A stretch of 64,000 bases of DNA from an uncultured Actinomycetota bacterium (GCA_963762015.1 CAVXJL010000007.1:408-64407); one strand, 5' to 3'; numbered from the stretch's first letter, positions 54,020-63,690 are shown. The notes: generated by a model from the sequence alone, not told the origin. Program-made: numbers and translations.

Positions 54020-55465
54020 ATGGCCGTCGACATCCGCCGGAAGGTTCCCTCGGTGGATGCGCTCCTGCGCTCCGACCCCGCCCGGAGGGCTGCCTCATCG
54101 CTCGGCCGCCCTCTCTTGAAGCGAACGCTCGAAGAGGTGCTCCACGAGGTGCGGGCGGCGGCGGCTAAAGGCGAGGATCCTCCGTCCGAGGAGATCCTGT
54201 TGGCCAGAGCGCTCGGCCGTGCCTCTCATGCGGCGCAGGGGATGGTGCCCGTCATCAACGCCACCGGCGTCATCCTGCACACGAATCTGGGGCGGGCGCC
54301 GCTGCCCGAGCGTGCCGCGAGGGCAGCCGCACGAGCCGCCCGCAACTACACCGACATCGAGGTCGACCGGGAGACAGGCCGCCGCGGCAAGCGCGGTCGC
54401 CACGCCGAGATCTTGCTCACGGCGCTCACCGGGGCGGAGGCAGCGATGGTCGTGAACAACTGCGCCGCCGCGCTTCTCCTGGCTATGGCTGCGCTCTCCA
54501 AAGGGAAGCAGATCCTCGTCTCTCGCGGGGAGCTGATCGAGATCGGAGGAGAGTTCAGGATCCCCGACATCCTCGCCGCCTCTGGGGCTCGGCTCGCAGA
54601 GGTGGGCACCACCAACCGGACGAGGATCGGCGACTACCGCGCGGCGGCGACGGACAGGACCGGCCTGATCCTCAAGGTGCATCCCTCCAACTACCGCATG
54701 GTGGGCTTCACGGCGGCGACGTCGGCCACGGATCTCTCGGGGCTCGCCCGCAAGCTCGGGATCCCGTTCCTGTTCGACGTCGGGTCGGGGCTGCTGCATC
54801 ACGGACACGGTCATCCCGGCGACGAGCCGAGCGTCTCGGATGCGCTCGACCAGGGGGCCGACCTCGTCACGTTCTCGGCTGACAAGCTGCTCGGCGGGCC
54901 TCAAGCCGGCATCGTCGTCGGAAGGGCCGATCTCCTGGACCGGTTGCGCCGCCACCCGATCGCCCGAGCCGTTCGGATCGGAAGGATGCAGATGGCGGCA
55001 CTCGAGCAGGTCCTCGCGATCATCGCCACCGGACGGGAGTCGGAGATCCCCGTCTTCCGCATGCTCCGTGACTCCCCCGAGACGGTTCGGAGCAGAGCGC
55101 AGATCCTGTCCGAGACGATCGGCGGCGAGCTCGAGGGCGCGCGGGTGGTGCGCTGCGAGTCGGCGGTGGGAGGGGGCTCGATGCCGGGGACGGCCTTGCC
55201 GTCGTGGGGCGTTCGGATCCAGGTCCCCGACGCGCCGGCATTCGCGGCCCGCCTGCGCACAGGGACGCCGGCCGCGTTCTCGCGCGTCGAGGATCGGTTC
55301 ATCCTGCTGGACTGCCGAACGGTGACCGACGAGCAGCTCCCTCACCTCGCCCGAGCGGTGCACTACGCCCTCGAAGGCGACGAGGAGCACGGCCACGACG
55401 TCCATGGCGACGACCGGCACCAGGGGCCGAGCGACATGGTCGCCGACCACGACGTCGACGGGTAG
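54020..55465 (+). CDS. selA: L-seryl-tRNA(Sec) selenium transferase
   Basis: VINATGVILHTNLGRAPL and PLP lysine in FSADKLLGGPQAG. 481 aa with an unusual His/Asp-rich C-terminal tail. Confidence 0.9.
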   Translation: MAVDIRRKVPSVDALLRSDPARRAASSLGRPLLKRTLEEVLHEVRAAAAKGEDPPSEEILLARALGRASHAAQGMVPVINATGVILHTNLGRAPLPERAARAAARAARNYTDIEVDRETGRRGKRGRHAEILLTALTGAEAAMVVNNCAAALLLAMAALSKGKQILVSRGELIEIGGEFRIPDILAASGARLAEVGTTNRTRIGDYRAAATDRTGLILKVHPSNYRMVGFTAATSATDLSGLARKLGIPFLFDVGSGLLHHGHGHPGDEPSVSDALDQGADLVTFSADKLLGGPQAGIVVGRADLLDRLRRHPIARAVRIGRMQMAALEQVLAIIATGRESEIPVFRMLRDSPETVRSRAQILSETIGGELEGARVVRCESAVGGGSMPGTALPSWGVRIQVPDAPAFAARLRTGTPAAFSRVEDRFILLDCRTVTDEQLPHLARAVHYALEGDEEHGHDVHGDDRHQGPSDMVADHDVDG

Positions 55466-57340
55466 ATGACGGAGCTCCGCGTCGTGGCCACGGCCGGTCA
55501 CGTCGACCACGGCAAGTCTTCGCTGATCGTGCGACTCACCGGTATGGATCCGGACCGGTGGGAGGAGGAGAAGCGGCGAGGGCTCACGATCGACCTCGGC
55601 TACGCGTGGGGCGAGCTCCCGTCCGGGCGCGAGATCGGCTTCGTGGACGTGCCCGGGCACGAACGGTTCATCGCGAACATGCTGGCGGGCGTCGGGCCCG
55701 TTCGACTGGTCCTGTTCGTCGTCGCCGCCAACGAGGGGTGGCGTCAACAGTCGGAGGAGCACCTCGCGATCCTGGACGTCCTCGGCATCGCGGGCGGCGT
55801 GGTCGCGCTGACGAAGCGGGATCTCGTCGATGAGGACGAACTCGACCTCGCGGAGGAAGAGATCCGAGAGCGGCTCGACGGTACCGCCCTGTCCGATGCC
55901 CAGATCGTCCGCGTCTCGGCCGCCACCGACGAAGGTCTCGACCAACTCCGAACCGCCCTCGACGAGCTGTTGGCCCGCACGCCGGCTCCGCAAGAAGAGC
56001 GGGCCCGGTTATTCGTCGACCGCGTATTCACCATCTCGGGGGCCGGTACGGTCGTCACCGGCACCCTGGGGGGTGATGGCCTCGCCGTGGGCGACGACGT
56101 AGAGCTCTATCCGCACGGAAGGACGGCGCGGATCCGTTCGCTCCAGACGCACAAGCGGACCGAGGACCGAGCCGATCCCGTGAGCCGTGTGGCCGCGAAC
56201 CTCGCGGGGACCTCACGGGCGGATCTCGCACGGGGCGACGTGCTGGGACGAGCTGGTGCCTGGCGACCCACGACCGTCTTCGAAGGCGTCCTGCGCCCGG
56301 TCCGAGGCCTCTCGCATCCGATCACCGGTCGAGGCGCCTACAAGGTCTACGTCGGCGCGGCGGAGGCGGACGCCCGACTCCGGATCTTCGGGAGCACCCG
56401 GATCGAGGCCGGACGGGAGGCCTTCGTTCGGATCACGACGACGCGCCCGCTCGTGCTCGACGTCTTCGACCGGTTCGTCCTGCGCGAATCCGGCCGGCAG
56501 GAGACCGTCGGCGGCGGCTCGGTCTTGGATCCGGCGCCGCCGCGGCGCGCCGGGCCATCTCCTGAAGTTCGCCTGGCCCGGCGCGCCGCGGCGGCGCGCG
56601 ACGACCTCCCGGCGATCCTCGCAGACGAGCGAGGCGCGGTCCGAGCCTCGGACGCGCTCGCGCTCACGGGCTCGAGCGCCGGCGTCCCGCAAGCCGGCGA
56701 GTGGTTGCTCCGCGACGGGCTGCTCGGGGCGGCCGGCACCGCTCTCGTCGCGCATCTCGACGCGTTCCTCCGGGCACATCCGTTGGAGGAAGGAGAGCCG
56801 CTCGCGTCGGCTCGCCGCGCGCTCTCGGACTCGCTGACCGCCGTGAACGGCTCGCCGGATGCTCGCCTGCCGGACACCGGGCTGCTTGAGGCCGTCCTCG
56901 ACAGACTCGCCGCGGATGGAGTCATCACCCGCACGAGCGCGTCGGTCGGGCTGCCCACGCACCGCCCCGCCGACCGCGAGAAGGACCCGCTCGTCCAGCA
57001 AGTCGTCGCGGCGATCTCGTCCGAACCGGCGCAGCCTCCCACGGTGAAGGACCTCGTTTCGCGAGGGATCGGTCGCGACGCGATCGACGCGGCCGGCAGA
57101 GCCGGCCTCGTCGTCCGCGTCGCCCCCGATCTCGTGTTCACGCCGGCGCTCATCGAGCGGGCGGAAGAGATCGTCGCGAGGACCGGGGGCGAAGGCATCA
57201 CGGTGAGCGCGTTCCGCGAAGCCCTCGGGACCAGCCGGAAGTACGCCTTACCGATCTTGGAGTGGTTCGACTCGAAAGGGGTCACGCGGCGCGAAGGCGA
57301 CCTCCGGTTCCCCCGGTCCGCTCCCTCCTCTGGTTCGTAA
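55466..57340 (+). CDS. selB: Selenocysteine-specific translation elongation factor
   Basis: The ATG immediately follows the selA stop. GTPase motifs [18 protein letters not shown] and TKRD, followed by a long C-terminal winged-helix region. Confidence 0.9.
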   Translation: MTELRVVATAGHVDHGKSSLIVRLTGMDPDRWEEEKRRGLTIDLGYAWGELPSGREIGFVDVPGHERFIANMLAGVGPVRLVLFVVAANEGWRQQSEEHLAILDVLGIAGGVVALTKRDLVDEDELDLAEEEIRERLDGTALSDAQIVRVSAATDEGLDQLRTALDELLARTPAPQEERARLFVDRVFTISGAGTVVTGTLGGDGLAVGDDVELYPHGRTARIRSLQTHKRTEDRADPVSRVAANLAGTSRADLARGDVLGRAGAWRPTTVFEGVLRPVRGLSHPITGRGAYKVYVGAAEADARLRIFGSTRIEAGREAFVRITTTRPLVLDVFDRFVLRESGRQETVGGGSVLDPAPPRRAGPSPEVRLARRAAAARDDLPAILADERGAVRASDALALTGSSAGVPQAGEWLLRDGLLGAAGTALVAHLDAFLRAHPLEEGEPLASARRALSDSLTAVNGSPDARLPDTGLLEAVLDRLAADGVITRTSASVGLPTHRPADREKDPLVQQVVAAISSEPAQPPTVKDLVSRGIGRDAIDAAGRAGLVVRVAPDLVFTPALIERAEEIVARTGGEGITVSAFREALGTSRKYALPILEWFDSKGVTRREGDLRFPRSAPSSGS

Positions 57341-57353
57341 CGACCGGTTCGTC

Positions 57354-57827
57354 CTACTCCGAGACCTCAGCCGTCACCGTGATCTCGATGCTCGCTCCCA
57401 GTGGGAGCGACGCCACCCCGACGGCCGCCCTGGCGTGCCGTCCGTTCGGCCCCAGCGCCGCGATCAAGGCATCGCTCGCCCCGTTCGCCACCCTCGGGTG
57501 TTCGACGAACTCCGCGTCCGCCGCGACGTACACGGTCAGCTGGAGCATCCGCGTCAGCCGATCGAGGCTTCCCCCCAGGTGGCTCCGCAGCGCCGACAAC
57601 GATTGGAGCGCCGCTCGAGCAGCCGCTTCCTGGCCCATCTCTACGGAAACGTGTACGCCGAGCTTGCCCGGATGGAGCAGCTGACCGTCGATCATCGCGA
57701 CCTGACCCGCGACGAACACCAACGACCCGGTCTGCGTCACGGGGACGTAGCTGGCGACGGGTTCGGGTGGCGGAGGCAGCTCGAGACCGAGCTCCTCCAG
57801 GCGCTGCAGCACCGCCGCGTCGTCCAC
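57354..57827 (-). CDS. RidA/YjgF-family protein
   Basis: 157 aa. Family-typical layout (LPPPPEPVASYVPVTQTGSLVFVAGQ..., C-terminal LPLGASIEI). Confidence 0.75.
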   Translation of the reverse strand: MDDAAVLQRLEELGLELPPPPEPVASYVPVTQTGSLVFVAGQVAMIDGQLLHPGKLGVHVSVEMGQEAAARAALQSLSALRSHLGGSLDRLTRMLQLTVYVAADAEFVEHPRVANGASDALIAALGPNGRHARAAVGVASLPLGASIEITVTAEVSE

Positions 57828-57910
57828 GGCGGCATCCTCTCAAACGAGAGCGTGGGAAACGAGGCGACAGCGGTCGCCCATCGGCGCTCTGGTTCGGAGG
57901 GAGGGCTTGC

Positions 57911-58183
57911 TCAACTTGCCTCGAGCGCTTGCCGTTTGAGCACCGCGCGCCGCTCGGTCTCGTTCAGGCCTCCCCACACCCCGTGGGTCTCCCGCGTGGC
58001 CAACGCGTAGTCGAGGCAGAGCTGCCGAACGGGGCAAACGGCGCAGATGCGCTTCGCGACGGCCTCTCGGGCCAGCTTCTCCCGGCGCTTCTCGAAGTAG
58101 CTCGGGGCGAAGTAGTACGCGGAGTCCTCACCGCGGCACGCGGCGAGTCGCTGCCAACCGGGCAACCCTTCGTCGAACGGCAT
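57911..58183 (-). CDS. whiB: WhiB-family (Wbl) transcriptional regulator
   Basis: 90 aa. Cys motif C-x(n)-CAVCPVRQLC and the G[VI]WGG turn (HGVWGG). Confidence 0.9.
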   Translation of the reverse strand: MPFDEGLPGWQRLAACRGEDSAYYFAPSYFEKRREKLAREAVAKRICAVCPVRQLCLDYALATRETHGVWGGLNETERRAVLKRQALEAS

Positions 58184-58275
58184 CTAACCGGTTGTTCGCA
58201 GGAAAACGGACTTGGGATTCCTCGTTCGTCCGGTGGATCGGCCCGCAACAGGTTCTCCAGAACTCCCCGGAACCT

Positions 58276-59604
58276 TTACGCGCCAGCGTGTTCCGAGGGA
58301 CCGAAGGGCTCCGCCTCGACCTGCAGGATCAGGCCGTCCACGCCTCGGACCCGGATCGACGTGCCGGCGTCGATCGGGTCCCCACTCGTCCGCCCCCGCC
58401 AGAGCGCCCCTTTGACGAACACCGGTCCATCCGGCGCAAGCCGACCCCTCGCCTCTCCCACGAGCCCGATCAGTCCGCGCTGGGTGCCCACGATCCTGTC
58501 GCGAGACTGGATCGCCACGGTGAGCGCGAACCCATAGAACAGGAGACTGGCGACGATCGCGCCCCCGATGAGCCAGGGACTGATCCGGATCGAGGGGTCG
58601 ACACCGGTCCACGCCAGCACCGACCCCGCGCCGAAAGCCGCCAACCCCACCCATGTCGGCCACGACAGGCTCCGCAGCCGAACGTCGAGCATCAAGAGTC
58701 CGATCCCGAGCAGGAGCAGGCCGAACCCGGGCCAGAACGGGACGGCCACAGTGAGCCCGTAGACGGCGAGCCCGACGAGCGCGAGTCCGCTGAACCCCGC
58801 GAAACCGAAACCCGGTTGCGTGAGCTCGAAGGCGAGCGCCGCGAGCCCGAGCACGAGCAGGAAGTAGACCATCGAAGGAGTGGCGATGGCGTGCAGCACG
58901 CGAGTGACCAGACCGGGCTCCTCGAACCGGATCTCGACGGTTCGCTCACTCGCCTCCGCCTGCGTCGTGGCCACCCGGGTCGCCAGCTCGACGTCTCCGC
59001 CCGGCGTCGGAACGGTCATCCCGTCCACCGCTGCCAGCAGCTCGGGGATCGTGTACGCGAAGACCTCGGCGATCCCGGCGTCGAGCGCGTCCTGGGCGGT
59101 GAGCGGTTCCCCGGCATCGGCGAGATCCGCATCGCGCCCGCGCAGCGCCAGCCAACCCTCGATCCTCGCGTCGAGCGCCTGCGGATCTCGGTCGGGATGC
59201 AAGACGTCCACCGGCAGGAGGGGGCCGGTCTGCGAACCGGGCGAGACCCCCGCGAGCGACGAAGCGAGCATCAACAGGAGTCCCGCGCCGCTCGCTTTCG
59301 CCGGCACGGGACCCACCCATGTCAACACCGGCACCTCGAGACGGGCGACGCGCTCGGCCAGAGCGATCCCGTCCTGGCCGAGCGCGCCGGGTGTATCGAG
59401 CTCGAGGACCACGACGGCACCCGCCCGTTCCGCCTCGGCCAGGCGCTCCACCACGTACCTCCGGAGCGGGCGATCGATCGGCCCGTCGACCTCGATCACG
59501 TGCACCTTCGTCGTCTCGGGGACCGCTCCTCCGGCTCGCGAGCCGGCCGCCACGATCGCGAGGACCGTGAGGACGACGAACGCGGATCGAGGGAGGGGAC
59601 GCAT
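58276..59604 (-). CDS. NfeD-family membrane-bound serine protease (long form)
   Basis: Signal peptide, ClpP-like domain (VIEVDGPIDRPL...LELDTPG), multi-TM region, and a C-terminal OB-fold (VFVKGALWRGRTSGDPIDAGTSIRV). Confidence 0.8.
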   Translation of the reverse strand: MRPLPRSAFVVLTVLAIVAAGSRAGGAVPETTKVHVIEVDGPIDRPLRRYVVERLAEAERAGAVVVLELDTPGALGQDGIALAERVARLEVPVLTWVGPVPAKASGAGLLLMLASSLAGVSPGSQTGPLLPVDVLHPDRDPQALDARIEGWLALRGRDADLADAGEPLTAQDALDAGIAEVFAYTIPELLAAVDGMTVPTPGGDVELATRVATTQAEASERTVEIRFEEPGLVTRVLHAIATPSMVYFLLVLGLAALAFELTQPGFGFAGFSGLALVGLAVYGLTVAVPFWPGFGLLLLGIGLLMLDVRLRSLSWPTWVGLAAFGAGSVLAWTGVDPSIRISPWLIGGAIVASLLFYGFALTVAIQSRDRIVGTQRGLIGLVGEARGRLAPDGPVFVKGALWRGRTSGDPIDAGTSIRVRGVDGLILQVEAEPFGPSEHAGA

Positions 59605-59664
59605 GGAGGGCGCATCGTATCGAGCAAGGGGCCGCGCGATCCGGCGTATCCTGGTCGGTACCCC

Positions 59665-62196
59665 ATGAGCGTGGATACCGGTCGCCGCCCGGCGGGACCC
59701 CCGCCACCGGGGGGCCGTCCGAGCCCCCGGCCACGCCGCGACCCCAGATCCGTGCGGGACCGGATCTCGTTCAAGCCGATCGCGGCGCTGCTGCTCATCC
59801 CGGTCATCCTCGCGACCGCGGTCCTCACGGCGGTGGTCCTCGCGCCACCCTTCGCGGTCACGGGCTTCGGGTTGAACGAGATCCGCTCGCGACTCGACGC
59901 TCTCGGGTCGGACTTCACACGGATCCCCAGGTTCCCCGAGCGCTCCACGATCTACGCGGCTGACGGATCGGTCCTCACCCGGGTCTACCTCGACAACCGC
60001 GAGATCGTGCCACTCAACGCGATCTCACCCGTCGCCCGGAAGGCGGTGCTCGCGATCGAGGACTCCGACTTCTTCGCGCACGGCGCGTTGGATTGGTCGT
60101 CGCTGTTCCGAGCGCTGATCGAGAACGCGCGAGCGGGAGAGGTCGTGCAAGGTGGCTCGACGATCACCCAGCAGCTCGTCGGCAGCACCCTCGGGCTGAA
60201 CCGATTCGACCAGAGCATCGAGGGGAAGCTGCAGGAGCTGGCGCTCGCGATCCGCGTGGAGCAGAAGTACTCGAAGGCGCGGATCTTCGAGCTGTACCTC
60301 AACCAGGTCTACATGGGGAACGGCGTCTACGGGTTCGGGACGGCGTCCGAGTTCTACTTCCGCAAGCCGCCACGCCAACTCACCCTGCTCGAGGGAGCGA
60401 CGCTCGCGGGGATGATCCGGGCGCCGGAGTACTACGACCCACTCGACCGGCCGAAGAAGATGCTCCTGCGCCGCAACGACGTCCTCAACCGGATGCAGGG
60501 ACTCGGTTGGATCCCCGAAGCGCGGAACGAGCGGCTCAAGGCGAAACGGCTGAAGCTGCCCGAGGACGCCGGGAAGGTGCTTCGACGGCATCCACCGTTC
60601 TTCGTCAAATACCTCACAGACCAGATCGTCGAGAACAGCTCGGGAGAGTTCGAGTCTCTCGGTCGCACCGAGAAGGCCCGGCGGCGCGAGCTGTACGAGG
60701 GCGGGCTCGACATCCACACGACGCTCGAGCCGGGGTGGCAGCGCTGGGCCCAGGACGCGGCGCGTCAGCCGCTCCGCGTGCCCATCTACCCTCCCTCCGG
60801 ATCGCCCGCTCCCGATGTCTCGATCGTCACGATCGACAACAGCTCCGGCGCGGTGAAGGTGATCCTGTCCGGGAGGAACTACCGGGAGGAGAAGCTCGAC
60901 CTGGCGACGACGGGCCATCAGCCCGGATCGGCGTTCAAGCCGTTCGTCCTCGCGGGTGCGTTCCAAAAGGGGATCCCCCCTACGCAGACGTACTCGAGCT
61001 CATCGCCGTGGTGCTCACCGCTTTGGGACGACGACGATCATTGCGTGGAGAACGCCGAGGGCAGTGGTCGGGGCAGCGTCGACCTCTGGACCGCGACCGA
61101 ACACTCGATCAACGTCGTGTTCGCGCAGCTCATCTTCGACGTCGGTGCGAGCGTGGTCGCGGACATCGCGGAGCGGATGGTCGGCATGGATCCCCGCACG
61201 GAAGGGTTGGATCCCGTCCCGGCGCTCGCGACCGGCTCGGTGGCCATCTCGCCCCTCGACATGGCCAGCGGCTATCAGACGATCGCCAACGACGGGAAAC
61301 ACTGCGAGCCCTACACCGTCCGATCGATCGAGCGCGACGGGAAGGTGCTGCACTCGCACGACCGCACGTGCGACCCCATCCTCAAAGCGGGCGACGCGCA
61401 TCTCATCACGGCGATGCTCGAGGCCGTCCCCGTCTCGGGAACGGCCGCGAGTGCCTTCGGTGGATGGGGCAGCCACCCCGTTGCAGGCAAGACGGGAACG
61501 GCCCAGGAGAACACGAACGTGTGGTTCGGCGGCTACACGAGGCAGTACACGACCGTCGTGTGGGTGGGCTCGCCCGGGAACCCGTATCCGATGGGACACG
61601 TCTTCGGCGGTACGATCGCCGCTCCGATCTGGGTGGATTACATGTCGCGGATCATGCGGGGTCTGCCTGCCGTCGGGTTCCCGGATCCCCCCAAGCCTCC
61701 CGAGGGCCCCGTGCCGAGCGTCATCGGGTTGAAGAAGAACCCTGCGAAGGAGATCCTCTCCGAGGCGGGATTCCGCGTGTCCGTCTCGATCGCGGACTCC
61801 ACCGCGCCCAAGGGGCAGGTCTTCAGTCAGTCGCCCGGCGGCGGGACCGTGACGGAGCTTGGCACGATGGTGACGATCCAGGTCTCGACAGGGGTGCCAC
61901 CCAAAGTCACGATGCCCCGCGTCGTCGGTCTGCGCGGCTTCAACGGCAAGCTCGCCCTCCAGGCGCTAGGGCTCGCGGTCAACACGGTGCTGGTCGAAAC
62001 GGAGAATCCCGCCAAGGTCGGGTACGTCATCGCCCAGGATCCCCAGAGGGGGACTCTGGTGCTCGAGGGATCCGCCGTCACGATCTTCGTCGGCGTTGAG
62101 CCCAAGGGCAGCGGTGGCGGTGGGAACGGCGGGGGCGATGGCGGCGGGGGCGATGGAGGAGGAGACGGCGGGGGCGATGGAGGAGGCGGGGGCTGA
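59665..62196 (+). CDS. Class A penicillin-binding protein (GT51 transglycosylase + transpeptidase) with two PASTA domains and a Gly/Asp repeat tail
   Basis: ATG at 59665. EDSDFFAHG and GGSTITQQL (GT51), SAFKPF (SxxK), KTGTA, two PASTA-like units, and the tail GSGGGGNGGGDGGGGDGGGDGGGDGGGGG. Confidence 0.85.
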   Translation: MSVDTGRRPAGPPPPGGRPSPRPRRDPRSVRDRISFKPIAALLLIPVILATAVLTAVVLAPPFAVTGFGLNEIRSRLDALGSDFTRIPRFPERSTIYAADGSVLTRVYLDNREIVPLNAISPVARKAVLAIEDSDFFAHGALDWSSLFRALIENARAGEVVQGGSTITQQLVGSTLGLNRFDQSIEGKLQELALAIRVEQKYSKARIFELYLNQVYMGNGVYGFGTASEFYFRKPPRQLTLLEGATLAGMIRAPEYYDPLDRPKKMLLRRNDVLNRMQGLGWIPEARNERLKAKRLKLPEDAGKVLRRHPPFFVKYLTDQIVENSSGEFESLGRTEKARRRELYEGGLDIHTTLEPGWQRWAQDAARQPLRVPIYPPSGSPAPDVSIVTIDNSSGAVKVILSGRNYREEKLDLATTGHQPGSAFKPFVLAGAFQKGIPPTQTYSSSSPWCSPLWDDDDHCVENAEGSGRGSVDLWTATEHSINVVFAQLIFDVGASVVADIAERMVGMDPRTEGLDPVPALATGSVAISPLDMASGYQTIANDGKHCEPYTVRSIERDGKVLHSHDRTCDPILKAGDAHLITAMLEAVPVSGTAASAFGGWGSHPVAGKTGTAQENTNVWFGGYTRQYTTVVWVGSPGNPYPMGHVFGGTIAAPIWVDYMSRIMRGLPAVGFPDPPKPPEGPVPSVIGLKKNPAKEILSEAGFRVSVSIADSTAPKGQVFSQSPGGGTVTELGTMVTIQVSTGVPPKVTMPRVVGLRGFNGKLALQALGLAVNTVLVETENPAKVGYVIAQDPQRGTLVLEGSAVTIFVGVEPKGSGGGGNGGGDGGGGDGGGDGGGDGGGGG
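62108..62193. repeat. GGC/GAT-rich in-frame microsatellite-like repeat
   Basis: Reiterated GGCGGGGGCGATGG(A/C)GG units. They encode the Gly/Asp tail of the PBP. Confidence 0.8.
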
Positions 62197-62197
62197 C

Positions 62198-62662
62198 CTA
62201 GCCCGCGGACTCCCGTAGTCGGACACGCACCTTCTCCTGCACCACCCTGCCGTCGACGCGACCCTTCGCCTTGCCCATGACCACGCTCATGACGGCGCCC
62301 ATCTCTTTCTCAGAGGTGGCGCCGGTCGACGCGAACGCCTCTTCCACCAGCGCGTCGACCTCGTCCTCGCTCAACTGCACCGGCGCGTAGCTCGCGATAG
62401 CATCTCGCTCGGCCCGCTCCTTCTCGACCAGTTCGTGGCGACCTGCACCCTCGAATGCCTCGATCGACTCGGCGCGCTTCTTCATCTCTTTCGACGCGAC
62501 GTCGCGAACCTCATCGTCGGAGAGCTCGTGACGGAGCTCTTTCTCCTTGTTCGTGACGGCGGCGGAGAGCATCCGGAGGGCGCCGAGCCGGACCTTCTCG
62601 CCGGCGCGCAATGCATCCTTCATCTCGCCGGCAAGTCGATCCTTCAGCGTCGGGTCGCTCAT
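62198..62662 (-). CDS. GatB/YqeY domain-containing protein
   Basis: ATG at 62662 (MSDPTLKDRLAGEMKDALRAGEKVRLGALRML). 154 aa, typical YqeY text. Confidence 0.8.
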   Translation of the reverse strand: MSDPTLKDRLAGEMKDALRAGEKVRLGALRMLSAAVTNKEKELRHELSDDEVRDVASKEMKKRAESIEAFEGAGRHELVEKERAERDAIASYAPVQLSEDEVDALVEEAFASTGATSEKEMGAVMSVVMGKAKGRVDGRVVQEKVRVRLRESAG

Positions 62663-62674
62663 TAGACTCCCCCC

Positions 62675-63556
62675 GTGCTTCCCGTGATCCTGACGATCGC
62701 CGCCGTGGGCGTCGCTTGCGTGGCGTACGGGATCTTCATCGAACGGTTCCGATACCGGGTGATCCGGCATCGCCTCGACATCCTACCGGCGGCCGCCGAG
62801 CCCCTCGTCGTCCTGCACCTCTCCGACCTGCATTTCGTGCGTCACGATCCGAAGAAGGCTCGCTTCCTCGCGACGCTGCCGACGCCGGACCTCACGGTCG
62901 TGACGGGCGACTTCCTGGCCGAACCCGAGGCGGTCGCCACCGCGGTGGAGAGCGTTCGGCCGGTCCGCGGCCGTCTCGCTTCCTGGTTCGTCCTCGGCTC
63001 CAACGACTATTTCGTCCCGGAACCGATGAACTACATCACCTACTTCTTGAAGCGCCGGCGCCGGCGCCGGCGTGCCCGTCGGGGCCGCGCCCCCGAGCTC
63101 GTCCGCGAGCTCGTCGCCGACGGATGGGCAGACCTCACGAACCTCCGCCGTGACGTGTCGCTCGGAGGCCTCGATGTCGAGCTGCTTGGCCTGGACGATG
63201 CGCACATCCGCCGCCACGACCTTCGCGTTGCTCCACGGCGAGCCGAGGATCGCTTCGGCCTCGCCGTGATGCACTCACCTGACTCCGCGCCGGAGGCGGC
63301 AGCGCTCGGCTACGGATTGATCGTCGCCGGGCATACCCACGGTGGGCAGGTGCAGCTCCCGTTCGTCGGTGCGCTGGTCACCAACTCCGCGATGCCGCGC
63401 AGGCTCGTCTCCGGCCTCATACGGATGGGGACCGCCGTGCTCCACACCTCGCGAGGTCTGGGCACCAGCAAATACGCTCCCTTCCGGTTCCTGTGCCTGC
63501 CGGAAGCGACGTACCTCGAACTTCGCCCTGCGGCTGCTCCTCCGACCACGCGTTAG
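62675..63556 (+). CDS. Membrane-anchored metallophosphoesterase (YkuE-like)
   Basis: N-terminal TM, then LSDLHF, GDF, GSNDY and GHTHGGQV motifs. Confidence 0.8.
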   Translation: MLPVILTIAAVGVACVAYGIFIERFRYRVIRHRLDILPAAAEPLVVLHLSDLHFVRHDPKKARFLATLPTPDLTVVTGDFLAEPEAVATAVESVRPVRGRLASWFVLGSNDYFVPEPMNYITYFLKRRRRRRRARRGRAPELVRELVADGWADLTNLRRDVSLGGLDVELLGLDDAHIRRHDLRVAPRRAEDRFGLAVMHSPDSAPEAAALGYGLIVAGHTHGGQVQLPFVGALVTNSAMPRRLVSGLIRMGTAVLHTSRGLGTSKYAPFRFLCLPEATYLELRPAAAPPTTR

Positions 63557-63567
63557 ACTGAAGAGGA

Positions 63568-63641
63568 CGGGACGTGGCGCAGTTTGGTAGCGCGCAGCGT
63601 TCGGGACGCTGAGGTCGCGGGTTCAAGTCCCGCCGTCCCGA
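63568..63641 (+). tRNA. tRNA-Pro (anticodon CGG)
   Basis: Hand-folded cloverleaf. Acceptor CGGGACG/CGTCCCG, D stem GCGC/GCGC, anticodon stem CAGCG/CGCTG with loop TTCGGGA, 5-nt variable loop, T arm GCGGG-TTCAAGT-CCCGC, discriminator A. No CCA is encoded. Confidence 0.85.
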
Positions 63642-63652
63642 CACCGATAGCC

Positions 63653-63690
63653 GAGAGGCGAGCCGAAAACGGCTCGCCTCTCATTTCTTC
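63653..63690 (+). terminator. Rho-independent terminator after tRNA-Pro
   Basis: GAGAGGCGAGCC (63653-63664), loop GAAAAC, GGCTCGCCTCTC (63671-63682), then ATTTCTTC. Confidence 0.7.

Noticed and set aside
54095-55993. 632-aa ORF on the minus strand
   Set aside because: It is antisense to selA and selB, which carry unambiguous PLP-lysine and GTPase motifs.
53926-57353. tRNA-Sec, a SECIS element or an in-frame-TGA selenoprotein gene next to selAB
   Set aside because: The intergenic segments (53926-54019 and 57341-57353) are too short and do not fold into a long-variable-arm tRNA with a TCA anticodon. None of the neighbouring ORFs shows a TGA-interrupted conserved frame. The target gene is presumably outside the window.
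58192-59664. 5' 491 codons of the 1334-aa plus-strand ORF
   Set aside because: This part is antisense to the NfeD gene and is Arg/Pro/Asp/Glu-rich nonsense. The PBP sequence begins at ATG 59665 (MSVDTGRRP...) with a TM helix and the GT51 motifs.
60093-62099. 668-aa alternative-frame ORF within the PBP gene
   Set aside because: It is on the same strand but off-frame relative to the motif-bearing PBP frame, and reads as Arg/Gly/Pro-rich text.
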